The position numbers and the translations under genes are program-made. Under the pieces are notes generated by a model. That model saw only the letters and a program-made list of their open reading frames with translations. It did not search any database and was not told where the DNA came from. DNA of 42,901 bases. It comes from Octopus bimaculoides. Taxonomy: Eukaryota. Positions 25,690-39,366 of this stretch are shown here, piece by piece; positions within the stretch are counted from its first letter, which is position 1; the number at the start of each line of letters is the position of its first letter. Location: positions 69,290,984-69,333,884 of the forward strand of contig NC_068984.1 of assembly GCF_001194135.2 (NCBI RefSeq), in the 5' to 3' direction.

Positions 25690-25790
25690 GGCACCTTGGA
25701 CGAGTGTCTTCTACTACAGCTCTGGTCAATCAAAGCCTCGAGAAGATTTGGTTGATGGAAACTGAAATAAGCCCATCATATATACATGTG
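25690..25790 (+). mobile_element. tRNA/CORE SINE fragment
   Basis: GGCACCTTGGACGAGTGTCTTCTACTACAGC...GGAAACTGAAATAAGCCC. Confidence 0.65.
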
Positions 25791-25828
25791 TGTGTGTGTG
25801 TATATATATACATAATAAGTACAAACAT

Positions 25829-25891
<63 letters not shown>

Positions 25892-27624
25892 TATACACAT
25901 ACAAACACACATACACATACACACACACAATAAATATATGTTACAATCCAAGCTGTGTACATGTGGTGCACATTTGCATGTTCGCATTAATCTAGTATAT
26001 GTATTTAGATATTTAACTTTAAATGTGATACACATAGTGATGAAAAATTTTTGTGCAGTCAGTTTTACAGAAGACTGTTCAACGTGACTAATAACTCTGA
26101 GTTCTTCATACATTTTTCTATCATTTAAGCCTAAGAAAAATATACTTTTATTGTGAAATTAAAAAGTTTGTGTTAATTTAAGGTAAATAGGTGCTTTACT
26201 GCCCCCCACCCCCTCGAGGTCGCAGACATTTTGATGTAACTTTTTTTCTACTGAACCAAATCTCAAACTATTTATGCCAAAGTGTAGCTGAGGAAGTGTC
26301 CTCTTTAAAACTGTTAATAGTTTGCGATTTAGTTGAGAACTGGATTAGTGGTGAAGCTTGGAAGCTGCTGCAATTGATGAAATGATGAGCTTAAGAATAT
26401 ATCCATCCACTACAGTGGTTGAATGATATAATGCACCCATAATTTATTGTGAAATTTTTTACAATCTAATAGACTTGATTAGGGAAGGCTACATATTATG
26501 GCCATGAACATAGTACAGAAGGAGTATAAAATACAAATCGCTGGTACTTTAGTTGTCCGGCCAATATAATATTAATTCAACCAGCCATTACTTGTATTCT
26601 TCAATATACAAAATATTCAATATATAAAAAGAATTACCAAGATATGCACAGTCATGTTTCTACAAATCTATGTATGAATGTATTTATGTTGGTAGGTATA
26701 CATATAAGCTCATATATATATATATATATTTCCACACACACATACATATATACATACCTACATTCATATATATATATATATACGTACATGTGTTATACAT
26801 ACACATATGTACATATAGGTATGTATATAAGTATATCTAAGTTGTCTGTATGTATTTGCATACTTATGTACATTGGTCTTGCTGTCTACAACATTTTGTT
26901 TTATTAACTTGTGTTTTAAATTAGTTATTGCCATGCTATCTTTTTCAATTACAATAACTTACCAACAAATAATTATGACTTTTTTTCTTCCCTAGTATAT
27001 ATTTTATATTCTTTTTCTGTTTTTTAGGCAACTAGTTAGATACACTAGACATTAACTGGGACAAAAGAAAATAAAAACAAAATGACAATGAATGTAAAAA
27101 GACAAGAAAATATTTCCAAAGTATTTATGATTCTTCTGTAACAAACATATACGATATATTTTCTTTTCATTTATAACTGGTTCTGTATTTAGAGATCATA
27201 TAGTAGCTGAAATTTGTTTCTATCACTTAAAGACAAATGGGCAAGAGATAAATCATTGATTTTCAAAAGAGGAAACCTAATTGATAAATTGTCTTAGATA
27301 AGATTTATCTTCATGCTTTGGTAATCAAGGAATTCAGAAATAAATCTCCTCGAAACTAAAAGAACTGGCTGTATTTTCTGAATTTTAAATAGGAAATTTG
27401 TGACTGAAACACTCTGTCTTTGTGCATTTTCAAAAGAAGAAAAGCATTTGTGCATTACAAAGATATTCTGTGTAGCTTCAATGAAGATGATAAGTGTCTG
27501 TGATGGCTCTGGGATTTGTCTGAACATTGGTGAAGGTCAATGCAAAGGTTGCTGAAAATACTAAGATGGTTTGACTGTTTATGTGAAAAATTTTGTTAGT
27601 ATTAAAAAACTGTTCTTTTGCAAA

Positions 27625-27790
27625 GGTATAGCTTGTGGTTAAAAAGTTTGGTTTACAATTGTGTGTTTCTGGGTTCAATCCTACTATAAAGAATCGTGAT
27701 GAAGAGTCTACTATTGTAGCCTCAGGTTGGCCTGTAACTTGTGATTGAAATTTGGTAGATGGAAACTGTGCAGAAGCCCATGCATCACCC
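27625..27790 (+). mobile_element. Degraded tRNA/CORE SINE head
   Basis: GCTTGTGGTTAAAAAG...GGGTTCAATCC...TCTACTATTGTAGCCTCAGG...GGAAACTGTGCAGAAGCCC. Confidence 0.6.
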
Positions 27791-28227
27791 TACTCATCAT
27801 CATCATCAAAAGCAGCAACAGCAGCAGTAACACCACCACCACCACTACCACCACCACCACCACCACCACGACAGCCACCACCATCTTCTTCATTGTTTAA
27901 TGTTCCTTTTCCCATGCTGGCAATAAATTGGATGGTTTGAGAGGAACTGACAAGCCAGAGGACAATGTCATGCTCCAACATCTGTTTTGACATGCTTTCT
28001 ATAGCTCATGCTATTCATATTACCAACCACTTTACAGAACGTACTTTGTACTTTCTTGGAAGCAATGGAACTAATGATGCCACCAAAGTAGCCAGAAGAT
28101 GAGACCTATCAACTGAGTAAGGGTAGAGTACTGAAGAAGGTGAAAGTAGGATAGAGGAAAAGGAACTGGTGTTTTGCGGAAGTGAAAATATATGGCTTCC
28201 CCAGCTGGAAAAAAAGAGAGATTATCA

Positions 28228-28665
28228 GTGGAGCACTAAGAGCACCGGCTGAGCATGAGCGTTGCCAGAGCAGCTGTCTGACTTCCACACCAGTGGCATG
28301 TAAATAGCACCATTTGAGTGTAATCATTACCAGCGTCGCCTTCCTGGCACATGGAAAGACATTCGAGCGAGGTCGTTGCCAGTGCTGCCAGACTGGCTCC
28401 TGTGCAGGTGGCACATAAAATACACCATTCTGAGTGTGGCCGTTGTCAGTACCGCCTGACTGACCTTCGTGCCGGTGGCACGTAAAAGCACCCACTACAC
28501 TCTCGGAGTGGTTGGCGTTAGGAAGGGCATCCAGCTGTAGAAACTCTGCTAAATCAGATTGGAGCCTGGCATAGCCATCTGGTTCACCAGTCCTCAGTCA
28601 AATCGTCCATCCCATGCTAGCATAGAAAGTGGACGTTAAACGACGACGATGATGAGGATGATGAT
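28228..28665 (+). mobile_element. Repeat with internal ~60-bp GGTGGCACRTAAAA units and the RTE-type (GAT)n tail
   Basis: Repeated GTGGCAYRTAAAA-CACC...CGTTGCCAG units, then the AGGAAGGGCATCCAGC tail; a homolog lies at 36780-37050. Confidence 0.75.
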
Positions 28666-28702
28666 ATATATATGTATGTATGTATATATGTTCACATTGA
28701 CC

Positions 28703-30010
28703 TCACCCTTAGAGTGAAATACAGATTGCATGATACCTGTGTACAAACAACTATACTACATGCCAACAAAACATGGGTTGTGACTATAGAAGACCTACAA
28801 AGATATGAAAGAAATGAAGCCAGTAGGTTCTGCTGGATGGGTAATACCAGTTTGCATGAATACAAAGCGTAAATGATTTTAAAAAGAGACTGGGTCTAAG
28901 AGGCATCAGATGTAGTGTGGAAGAAAGAAGACTGTGCTGGTATGGTCATGTGATGCATATGGATGAGGGCAGTTGCATAAAGAAGTGCCAAACTTTAATT
29001 TTGGTGGGAACCTGTGGAAGAGGTAAACCAAGGAAGATGTGAGATGAAATGGTGAGAAATGAGCTTCAGATGTTGAGACTCATAGAGGGGATGACAAAGG
29101 ACCAAGGCCTCCTGTGATTTGCAGTACTTGAGAAGACACATCAAGCTAAGTAAAACCATGGCCATCCATACATACAGGCATATCCTTTATGGCCATGCTC
29201 CCTTTCCCTTTCCCTTACACACACACACACACACACATAATTTTGTACTCTGTACTCTGGCAAAACTTCTCCCCAACCCATTTTCTCCATGCTTTGTGGG
29301 CCCCTCCAACTTTCCTTCATGTGCTTATCTGCTTACTCCCCATACCCACCTCCTAGTCGCACCAATTCATCTTACCATCATTTGCTCTCTCTAAACATCA
29401 CCCCTCACACTCTGATGGGATATCCCCCTCTATCTCCTCCCCTGTGGGTAGGCCCTTTCTCTCTTACTTTCACTGTCTCTCTATCATTCCCTCTTACTCT
29501 CCCACCTCCCTCTCCTTCCTTGTCTTACTGGGATAGCCATGTATCTCCTCTACACTATGATAGCTATCTCTGTCTCTCTAATATACTTTAAGCTCTCATC
29601 TGGCACACAACCATTTCTTTGTTTCATTATGTCTCTCAGCTGGTAGATTTTTGTCTTGCAAGCTATTTGCTGACACTACTGATGCTGATGCCACATAAAA
29701 AACATCTTTTGCTGGAGGTCACATAAAAAAACACCCAAGCTGACGCCACATGCAAAGCACCCTCTATACTTTGTAAAGTGGTTGACGTTAGGAGGAGCAT
29801 CCAGCCATAGAAACCATAGCAAAACAGACAACTGGAGCCTGGTGCAACTCTCCAGTTTACCAGCTCCTTTCAAACCACCCAACCCGTTCCTGCATGGGGA
29901 AACAAACGTTAAATGAAGATGATGATGATGATGATGATGATGAGATGATAATGGTGGTGGTGGTGGTGGTGATGATGATGATAATGATTATGATGATGAT
30001 GATGATGATG
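28703..30010 (+). mobile_element. 5'-truncated RTE LINE (same family as 24600-25670)
   Basis: RVKYRLHDTCVQTTILHANKTWVVTIEDLQRYERNEASRFCWM...WYGHVMHMDE...GTCGRGKPRK, then the 3'UTR and (GAT)n. Confidence 0.85.
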
Positions 30011-30029
30011 AGGAGGAGGATATATGACA

Positions 30030-31450
30030 TATAGCTATCTATATGTCTGTCAGCAGCAGTAGCTAGATGCCACATTGTTTCTAAGCATCACCATGCAAAG
30101 GCTCTCCTGTTCTTTCTGTGTTGTGCCAGGCTCTTGTTTCCAATCCATTCTTTGATGGTATCAGTTCACAAACATCTTTACATTTTTGGTAGTTTCTTGT
30201 TCTCATACCCTCAACACTTCTTGGGTAGTGACTCATAGTGCATTGTATATCCAGGTTATGATAGCTTTGTGAACTTGAATTTTGGCAATAAATGTATTTG
30301 GAATTTCAGCTCTTCTAGTACTACAGCATTTGTTACCTTGTCTTTCGAGCTTATCATACCCAATCTGTGAAAAATCCATATCTGAAAGTTTTCCGTCTTT
30401 TTTCTGTATAACTGTGTACATATAACAATTTACAAGCCATAATCAAATTTAGATGCTGTGTTACGTCTGTTGAAGTGAAAATCTTTTTGTTTTTATATAT
30501 ATACATATATAAATGTAGTTGAACCTTATGTATTCTTTAAGTAACTTCTCGATGACCTTCCTGATTATTATTTGTACTAAATACTTGAAAATGTCACTTG
30601 CTCAAACTTCTATCTCCCTACCACTACATTTGCTTCCTTTTGTTTTGCCTTACTAATAACCATTCTCTTTGTTAATTTTACATTCATATTTAAAACTCTC
30701 CTGTCACTTTACTTTTTAACAACTTCCACAATTTCTTGTAATTTCTCATTGCAGTCTGCCAGTAGATATGTATTATCAGGAAATATTATTTACATCCATA
30801 CCACTGACTGTGATTTCTTTGATCTTATTAAATTCCCTGAATATATACTGAGTATGTATATCTGATAAGCTTAATGATAACACACATCCTTGTTTTACAA
30901 CCCTTTTGATCTTTGCTGGTTCTGACCAATTCTGGACTATTCTGAAGGCTGCCATTCAAACAATACACAAACAGCACAAATAATTCTGATGTCCTTTCCT
31001 TCTATGACAACATTTTTAAAGAAGTGATGAGCTCTCATTGATGTATGCAGTCAAACACCTTGGCATTATCTGTGGAGCAAACAAATAGATCTTTTAGTAC
31101 TTCTAGAGTGTTGAAGCAGAATATGGCATACCATGTTCTGCTCTTGGCTCGAAATTCAAATTCTGCATCTAGTTTGTTTTTTTATTTTTCCTAACATGAC
31201 TGCAAGAAATATTTTTCAGAGCCTAAGACATGACGCCAATAGTCCTGAAGTCAAAGCACTTGTTGGTCTTGGGCTTTTCCAGTAGGGCAATAAATAGAAA
31301 TGTTTTGAAGTCTTCAGGGAAGTGTCCAGAGTAATAGACATCAATGAAAAGATCTACGAGTCCTCATCATCCGACATTAAAGGAGCAAAAGTTTTAAGTC
31401 TGAGATGTGATATGCCATCATGGAAATGAAAAAAGATAAACTAGATACTT
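30030..31450 (-). pseudogene. RTE (BovB-like) LINE reverse transcriptase fossil
   Basis: Minus-strand fragments GHFPEDFKTFLFIALLEKP...CFDFRTI, DNAKVFDCI, GKDIRII, IKRVVKQGCVLS, VNNI...TYLLADCNEKLQEIV and KDKVTN; heavily frameshifted. Confidence 0.75.
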
Positions 31451-31545
31451 GTGAAATATTTATAGCACTAGGAGATTATGGAATTGATACACTCACATGT
31501 TTTCTATGACATCTATGACTCTGGTCACCTTGCTGAATACATACA

Positions 31546-31578
<33 letters not shown>

Positions 31579-31609
31579 GCATGAGTATGTGTGTGTTTGT
31601 GTGTGTGTA

Positions 31610-31648
<39 letters not shown>

Positions 31649-31787
31649 ATGAAAAGGTTGCAAGAAGCAATGAAAATTTTAGAAAAATAAAAAAGAAATA
31701 AGTGGCAATTTTACCAGTGAGTGTGTTAAATTATAAGGCACTAAAAGAGAATGACTCTCCTCAGACACAACAGTACATATATATATA

Positions 31788-33077
31788 CAGGGTGGGGAAG
31801 CAAAATTTACAATATTTTGAGGCAAGGATTGAAAGACAGTGTATGACCAATTAGTTTATTGAAAGTCATGAGAATTTATTTGCCACAAGAAAATTTACAT
31901 AATAGAAAATGTTTTTATTCCATGTGTCCTCCTTCTTTCTCAATAACTGCCTTCACACGCTTCCTGAAACTTGCGCAAGTGTTCCTCAAATATTCGGGAG
32001 ACAACTTCTCCCATTTTTCTTTAATAGTATCATTAAGAGAGTCGACATTGCTGTGTGATATTCTATTAGTAGCATGTTCTAAAACGCCCCAAATAGCATA
32101 ATCTAGAGTGTTTAGATCTGGGCAAGAAGGCGGCCATAAACATGATTCCAAAAAATTGCTCAAGTTGGATTTGCAGAAATCTTGTATTTTTCTAGCTGTG
32201 TGGGCTGGAGCACCATCCTGTGTCCATACATAATTACCATCTGGGTAGTTTGCTTTAAGCCATAGCAATACCTGGTATCTCAGAGTCTTGTAGTAAGTAT
32301 TAACATTGATCTTTTCATCAGCTTTGTAGAATTTTATAGGCATTTTCTTTCCATCGGAAGCCACAACTCCAAAAGCCATAACCTGAGCAGAATGTTTTGT
32401 TTTGAATGTCCCCTTAACCTCATCTGTTGATTTTGCAATAAATCTGTCATTTCTGTGGTTCAGAACAGCATCAACAGTGAAGATCTTTTCATCTGAAAAG
32501 AGCGTTACAATGGAGGATTTTTTCTTGAACCATGTACTAATTTTATTGCACCTTTCCAATCTCTTTTCCTTCATAGCTGTTGTCAACAAGTGTTTTGGTG
32601 TTCTTGTGTAAGATTTTAACCTCAAATCATATTTTACTGCATTTCTAATGGTCTTGTTGTCTACCTCAAGTTCAATTGCCATCTTTCTCATGGATTTGGT
32701 TGGATCCTTTAGGACTTTGGATTTGAGAGCTTTAATAAAAGCTTTGGTGCGTTTTTTGTTGATTCCTCCACTTCCAGACTTCCTCGTAATGGTTTTGCTC
32801 ATAGCCATTCTATTCTTTACATTATAAACAGTCTTTATGGACACTCCAACTATTCTTGAAATCTCCTTTGGTGTGACGAGTGCATTCAGCAAATCACACA
32901 CTCTTTGACATTTGCTTTCCTTATTACTCACATGGGCAAAAGTTTCTGAAAAGGTAAGGATAATAGTGTCAGGCATTATTTTGACATCAATATATGCTAG
33001 GTTTCAAAACAATTGACTTAGTGCCTGCTGAGAAAAAACAACTTAACGGTCATTGTAAATTTTGCTTCCCCACTCTG
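31788..33077 (-). mobile_element. Complete Tc1/mariner element, DD37D (maT) family, 1290 bp
   Basis: TIRs CAGGGTGGGGAAGCAAAATTTACAAT (31788-31813) and ATTGTAAATTTTGCTTCCCCACTCTG (33052-33077) match at 25/26. TA lies on both flanks (31786-87 and 33078-79). Confidence 0.95.
31915..32976 (-). CDS. DD37D (maT-type) transposase, uninterrupted 353-aa ORF
   Basis: N-terminal HTH-like region; catalytic FSDEKIF, QDGAPAH and PDLNTLDY with 37 residues counted between the second and third Asp. Confidence 0.93.
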   Translation of the reverse strand: MPDTIILTFSETFAHVSNKESKCQRVCDLLNALVTPKEISRIVGVSIKTVYNVKNRMAMSKTITRKSGSGGINKKRTKAFIKALKSKVLKDPTKSMRKMAIELEVDNKTIRNAVKYDLRLKSYTRTPKHLLTTAMKEKRLERCNKISTWFKKKSSIVTLFSDEKIFTVDAVLNHRNDRFIAKSTDEVKGTFKTKHSAQVMAFGVVASDGKKMPIKFYKADEKINVNTYYKTLRYQVLLWLKANYPDGNYVWTQDGAPAHTARKIQDFCKSNLSNFLESCLWPPSCPDLNTLDYAIWGVLEHATNRISHSNVDSLNDTIKEKWEKLSPEYLRNTCASFRKRVKAVIEKEGGHME

Positions 33078-33100
33078 TATATATNNNNNNNNNNNNNNNN

Positions 33101-33139
<39 letters not shown>

Positions 33140-33166
33140 GTATATAGATAGATAGATAGATAGATA

Positions 33167-33930
33167 TCATCATCATCATCATCATCATCATTTAACATCT
33201 CTTGTCCAAGCTAGCATGGGCTGGATGGTTTGACCAGAGCTGGGAAGCTGAGAGCTGCATCAGACTCCAGTTAGATTTGGAATGGTTTCTATGGCTGGAT
33301 GCAGCCCAGGACTCTTGCAGGTCAATCCTCCCCAACAAGGGAACCGGTCTTAACACTTTTGCTGTGGAGTAGGCATCTCGGTCCTTTGTCATCTCACCTG
33401 AAAGGTTCAGCATTTTGAGGTTGTTCGTCAGCATTTTGTTCCATGTCTTCCTGGGTCTCCCACTTCCACATGTTCCATCTACTTTGAGAGATCGACACTT
33501 CTTTATGGAGCTTTCAACATCCAACCACATCATCTGACTAAACTAGTGTAGTCTTTTCTCTTGTATACCATGTTTAATTCCTCATATGCCTAACTTCTCT
33601 CTCAAAGCACAAGCACTGTCGAACATGTACACTTACATTACATATCCAGCAGAGCACACTAGCCTTGTTTCTTTCTAACTTTTGCATATTCTCTGTGTTT
33701 AGGGCTCATAGCTCACTACCATGTAGAATTGCTGTCTGTATACATGCATCATACAATATTCCTTTAACTTGGAGAGAGAAACTATTTGTAGCCAACAAAA
33801 TTAACAGCTCTCTGAATTTCTTTCATCTTATTCTTATTCTACCTATCACACTCTCTGTGTCCTCCCCTACTACTAACTTGGCCCCCTAGGTAGCAGAAAT
33901 TATCTACTACCTCTAATGAGCCACCAGGGC
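33167..33930 (-). mobile_element. RTE LINE fragment (same family as 28703) with the 3'UTR largely deleted
   Basis: LEVVDNFCYLG...KKFRELL...QVKGILYDACIQTAILHGSE...VDGTCGSGRPRKTW joined almost directly to the tail; (CAT)n on the + strand at 33167-33190. Confidence 0.8.
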
Positions 33931-34519
33931 TTTTGAGAGAATCAATTTCCTGAGTCTCTATAGTTATTAAGGACCCTGTGCATCTTCCACAATGAGCATT
34001 GAAGCCTCCAGCATTGAGACCATGCTCCTGAAGTTGCTGCTACACTAGGTAGGGCACATCCCAATGATAAAAAATCATCATCTGCCAAAGATTTCACTGT
34101 ATGGTAAACTCTCCACCAGCTATCATGAAAGAAGGGCACCAAAGAAGCCATACAAGAATTGTTTGAAAAAATCTCTTGGTGCCTATCACGTAGTCCATCA
34201 CCAGTGAACCACCTCAGCTGGGGACCATGCTGCTTGTCATATCACCATCAAACATGTCTCCTCCTTCAAAAACTATTATCAAGGACAAAGGGCTTTGGGA
34301 GGAGGAACTGCAACACCATGCCATCAAATCCTGACCAGACTGTAAACTGCAGCCTGCCTGACTTACATTGGCCTTGTCAGCCATGAGCATGCCTGCAGTC
34401 AAGTTGGACCAGCCCTTTCTTAATCATTGTTCATGAAACATACCACAGATATAGGAAGAGAGAGAGATTCCTTTGACACAGATTTTTTTCTTACTTCCTG
34501 TCATACAAGTAATTTGGCA

Positions 34520-34680
34520 ACCTCACTAATGCAGGTGCCATGAACAAAGCATCCAGTATACACTGTAAAATGAATGGTGTGAGAAAGGGCATCCAACCAA
34601 AGCTGACACTGGAACTTGCTGCAGCCCTGCAGGTCACTGGATCTTGTCAAACCATCCGACTCATGCTGGCATGGGTTGGA
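34520..34680 (+). mobile_element. RTE-type tail fragment
   Basis: AAAGCATCCAGTATACACTGTAAAATG...GAAAGGGCATCCA...TGTCAAACCATCC...CATGCTGGCATGG. Confidence 0.55.
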
Positions 34681-34718
34681 GGAATTGACAGGATGAGGAT
34701 TAAGATATAGGTGTATGA

Positions 34719-34754
<36 letters not shown>

Positions 34755-35620
34755 ATATGTGTGTCTGTCAGTATTTGCATATACCTGTTTCAACATCCAC
34801 TAGTTGTATCTCTATATTGTAAGGCAACCTAAAATCCTCAATAAATGTAGAGAGATAAGTACCAAAGTGAAATGAATATGATGGGTGATGTTCTCAAATT
34901 AAAACTTTGAAGTGGTTCTCCTGGTCACGGCCTAATGACTGAAACAAATGAAAACACAAGAGATTAAATGAATGATAGAGAAATTTAAATTAAAATGAAA
35001 AATTAAAATTTTAAACAGTTTTAAGTGAAGTAAATTGCATTTGAAGTTTACAAATTCTTTCAATTTCATTTTCACAATGTTTTGAATAACATTTGATTAA
35101 ATAAAAGGATCTCAAAAGAATATCCTCTTCTTCCTAACAGTTATATATTCGCTATATCAAATTAATACTTAATGACCAATTCATAGGATAATTTCCATGT
35201 TGGCTCCAAGAAATCTGCTCTCTTTCTTTATCGCCAAAACATTTTCCTCATAACTGTCAAATATTTGAAATGTTAGATATCGGTTTGCACATAGGGTCAC
35301 TCCATTATCAATTTACTTCAAATATTTTATAAGTGATCCCTGCCAATGCCTGATGACTTACCATATATTTGATAATAACTTTACATCATGTTTCTCTATT
35401 GTGAATAAATTCTGTCTCATTCATTTATAGACCTTCTGTAAGATTTCTTCTATCTTAAATATTCACATCTTCACAAAGCATTTTCCTTTCAATTCATCTA
35501 AAGGCTAGTAATGTGTATATTCAGTTTACACATACATGTGTGTGCGTGTGTGTTTGTGTGTCTGTGTTTGTGTGTGTGTGTTTGTGTGTGTGTGTTTGTG
35601 TGTGTGTGTTTGTGTGTGTG

Positions 35621-35755
35621 TGGCTTAGTGGCTAGAGTGTTGCACTCATGACTAAGATTGTGGTTTTGATTCCTCAGGCAATGCATTGTATTCTTGAGCA
35701 AAACACTTCATTCCATGTTGCTCCAGTCCACTCAGCTGATAAAAATTAGTAATAC
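35621..35755 (+). mobile_element. tRNA-derived SINE, third type
   Basis: A-box TGGCTTAGTGG, B-box-like GGTTTTGATTCC, then TTGAGCAAAACACTTCAT...CCAGTCCACTCAGCTG. Confidence 0.6.
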
Positions 35756-36601
35756 CCAAAACTTTTTGGATATTCCATCAGCAAATTATGAACATTATGA
35801 TTCTTATGTAATCCAAGCTTCATGAAAGAGCTGTCGAGTTCAGAAATTATATATTCCCTTCTTAGTATTCAGCATTTTTTATGCTATATGTAAATATATA
35901 TGTATACATATACATATATATGCATATATATGTCAAACCTGTGTTTCTCTGCATCACTACCTCTATAGGTGTATGCATAAATGTGTGTGTGCGTGTGTGT
36001 ACATACATTACATATGTATATATTCTTTTATTCTTTTACTTTTTTCAACCATTTGACTGCGGCCATGCTGGAGCACTGACTTAAAAACAGTATTAATCCT
36101 TCCCTGGCAAGGAATTGAAAACTGGTCTCCCACTGTACAACCAAATATAAATATATACATGATACGATTGGCTGCAGCTGTGTAGCCTATCTTTTAGGAG
36201 TACATGTAGTCTAGTTTACCAGCTCTTGACATATAATACCTTGATTAACCTTGTTGGAGGTCATTACAAAGCCAAAATATACCACTTCAACTGCTTCAAA
36301 AGCCATTCGTAGTGCTGCAAGAACTGTGTGAAGCAGCTTTTCCCTGGATGGAAACCGTGCTCAATAATGTTCAGCAAGTCATTTTCTAAGAACTTTATCA
36401 GTTTAGCCCTATGGCTTTATTAATATGTGAAGTCAGAGAGAAGAGCTTGTAGGTTTTATCCCCCGCTTCACTCCTACCATTAAGAAGGGCACATATGATG
36501 AATTCTTTTAGCATTTGAGAAATTTACCTTTTGCAAAGAAACTTGGGAAAAGTAACTGAAGTGGTTTCCCTAAAGCGTGTTATGCACACATACACATTAA
36601 T

Positions 36602-37050
36602 AGGCACAGATGTGGCTGTGTGGTAAGAAGTTTGCTTCCCAACCACATGGTTCCAGGTTCAGTCCCACTGTGTGGAATCTTGCACAAGTGTCTTCTACTA
36701 TTGTCTCAGGCAGACCAAAGCCTTGTGAATTGATTTTGTAGACAGAAACTGAAAGAGGCCCATTGTGTATGTATATATTGGACTGACTCCTGTGCAGGTA
36801 GCACATAAAAAAACACCATTTGAGCGTGGCCGTTGCCAGTACCACCAGACTGACCCTCGTGCTGGTGGCATGTAAAAAGCACCCACTACACTCTGAGAGT
36901 GGTGGTTGGCGTTAGGAAGGGCATCCAGGTGTAGAAACTCTGCTAGATCAGATTGGAATCTGGTGTAGCGATCTGGTTCGCCAGTCCCCAGTCAAATCAT
37001 CCAACCCATGCTAGCATGGAAAGCGGACGTTAAATTATGATGATGATGTA
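36602..37050 (+). mobile_element. Chimeric SINE: tRNA/CORE head fused to the GGTGGCAC-repeat/RTE-tail module
   Basis: 36602-36775 aligns to the 6312 head; 36780-37050 aligns to 28390-28665. Confidence 0.8.
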
Positions 37051-37884
37051 TATATATATATATATATGTGTGTGTAAATAGATAGACAGACAGACAGACA
37101 GAGAGACAGACAGACAGATAGAAAGATAGATAGATAGATATTTGTAGATACACACAATGAAGAGGATGATGATGTATGTATAGATACACAGAGACATAAA
37201 TATGGATAAACATAAATATATGCACTAATATGAAAGAAATAATGGTTATTACTACTATTATACAACCAGTTACAATGCCAAGATAGCTGCATGCATGTTT
37301 TCAATATACAAACTTACATACACAAACGTACATATATACGAAACAATATTCATTTACGCACTTTGACCCATACACACCCACATATACTCTCACACCCACA
37401 AACACATAAACACTGGCCATTTACATACTGTAATACATGCAAAGAAACTCGTCCCAAAACACTCATTTCATTGATCATGCCTTCAAATCATGATATCTCT
37501 AGAAGCGAGTGAATTATAAGATTATTATTACATATTTCCATATATTATGCCATATATTACATAACATTATATGATTTGTATAACATTGTATGAGATATGG
37601 AATGAAAATATTGTCTCTTTATGGAAACAATTGAAATGTTAATTTGACTTTTCCTTTCCTGACTTAAATTATTACTTTTATTACTCACTCTGCGAGGCTT
37701 ATATTAAGCCTATTGGATCCATACCTTGGAGTAATGTAGATCTCATCTCCCCTTTATATCAATTGAAGTCTTCCGGATCGCCTTTTGATTTTGGAATGCT
37801 ATGCTAGCTAGGATGCTACTTGTTGTGCTAATGAGGTAATAGCCAGGATTATAGTTATGCCCTCAATCTATATGTATATATACC

Positions 37885-38395
<511 letters not shown>

Positions 38396-38559
38396 TGTGT
38401 GCGTGTGTGAGTGTGTGCATGTGTGAGTAATTCTGAAAAGTGTTCATTCTAGAATGATTACATTTGTTATTAGAAAACAAATAATTCTTCTTTAACAATA
38501 AATATTGCATTCAAATAAATGGGAAAACAATGAGAACTGCAAAGGCATCTTTTACAACA

Positions 38560-39170
38560 TGAATTATATGATTCTTGGAAGGAAAAAAGTTTATGACTTG
38601 GGGTTATTTTTGCTGAGAGTTTCTAAAATCATATTTAAGAGAGTATTGGTTAACATTCTTTAATGTCTGTTACATATTTTGGAAGAGATATAAGAAAGAT
38701 CATACAAAATTTCAAAAATTATTTCGTAGCATTCATGAATCATTCAAATTCACAATGGAAATTAATAAAAGAGAACTTCCATTTCCGGATATTCTGATGA
38801 TTAAGGAAAATCAGATTATTACAGCTGATCTCTATCACAATGAAATGGATATACACTAGTAATTAGATTCACTATCCAACTCATATTAAAAGAAATATCC
38901 CATTTAATATAATAAATTTTATATGTGCAGTAGTTACAGATTCAACTAGAAGTGAGAGAGAACTGGAAGATCTGAAAGTATTTCTCTAAGGACAAAAATA
39001 GCCAAAGCACTTAATAAACAATGGCATAACAAAAGGGAAAAAGAAAACATCAAAATACCTGACTTACAAGAAACTCTCACAATGAAGGAAAAAGACAGAA
39101 ATAGAAGCATTCCATTTGTAGTCGTCTGCAACATCATGCATACTACCATTCGTTATGTTCCAGTTCTACA
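38560..39170 (+). pseudogene. Second Penelope-like RT fossil (C-terminal half)
   Basis: WLTFFNVCYIFW...FRSIHESFKFTMEINKRELPFPDIL...ADLY...KRNIPFN...ICAVVTDS is collinear with 17990-18400. Confidence 0.8.
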
Positions 39171-39366
39171 TATGTCACCATTTTTTAGCATGGCAATTGA
39201 AAAATTACAAGTTATTAGCAATGCAAGATAACCACTGTTTGTTTGTTTGTTTTTTTTTTAATTTAGGAAACATCAAATTTACAGCAGAAAAAGAAATTAG
39301 ATGAGTAACTAAATGTGAAGACTTTTCTGAAGGCTGGACCACTTTTGCTTTTAGATCATCTAAATC

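Noticed and set aside
26191-26385. 64-aa protein-looking ORF
   Set aside because: No splice signals or homology were recognised.
27373-27555. Cys-rich open frame after a TAG acceptor-like site
   Set aside because: No convincing donor, no recognisable motif, and a length expected by chance.
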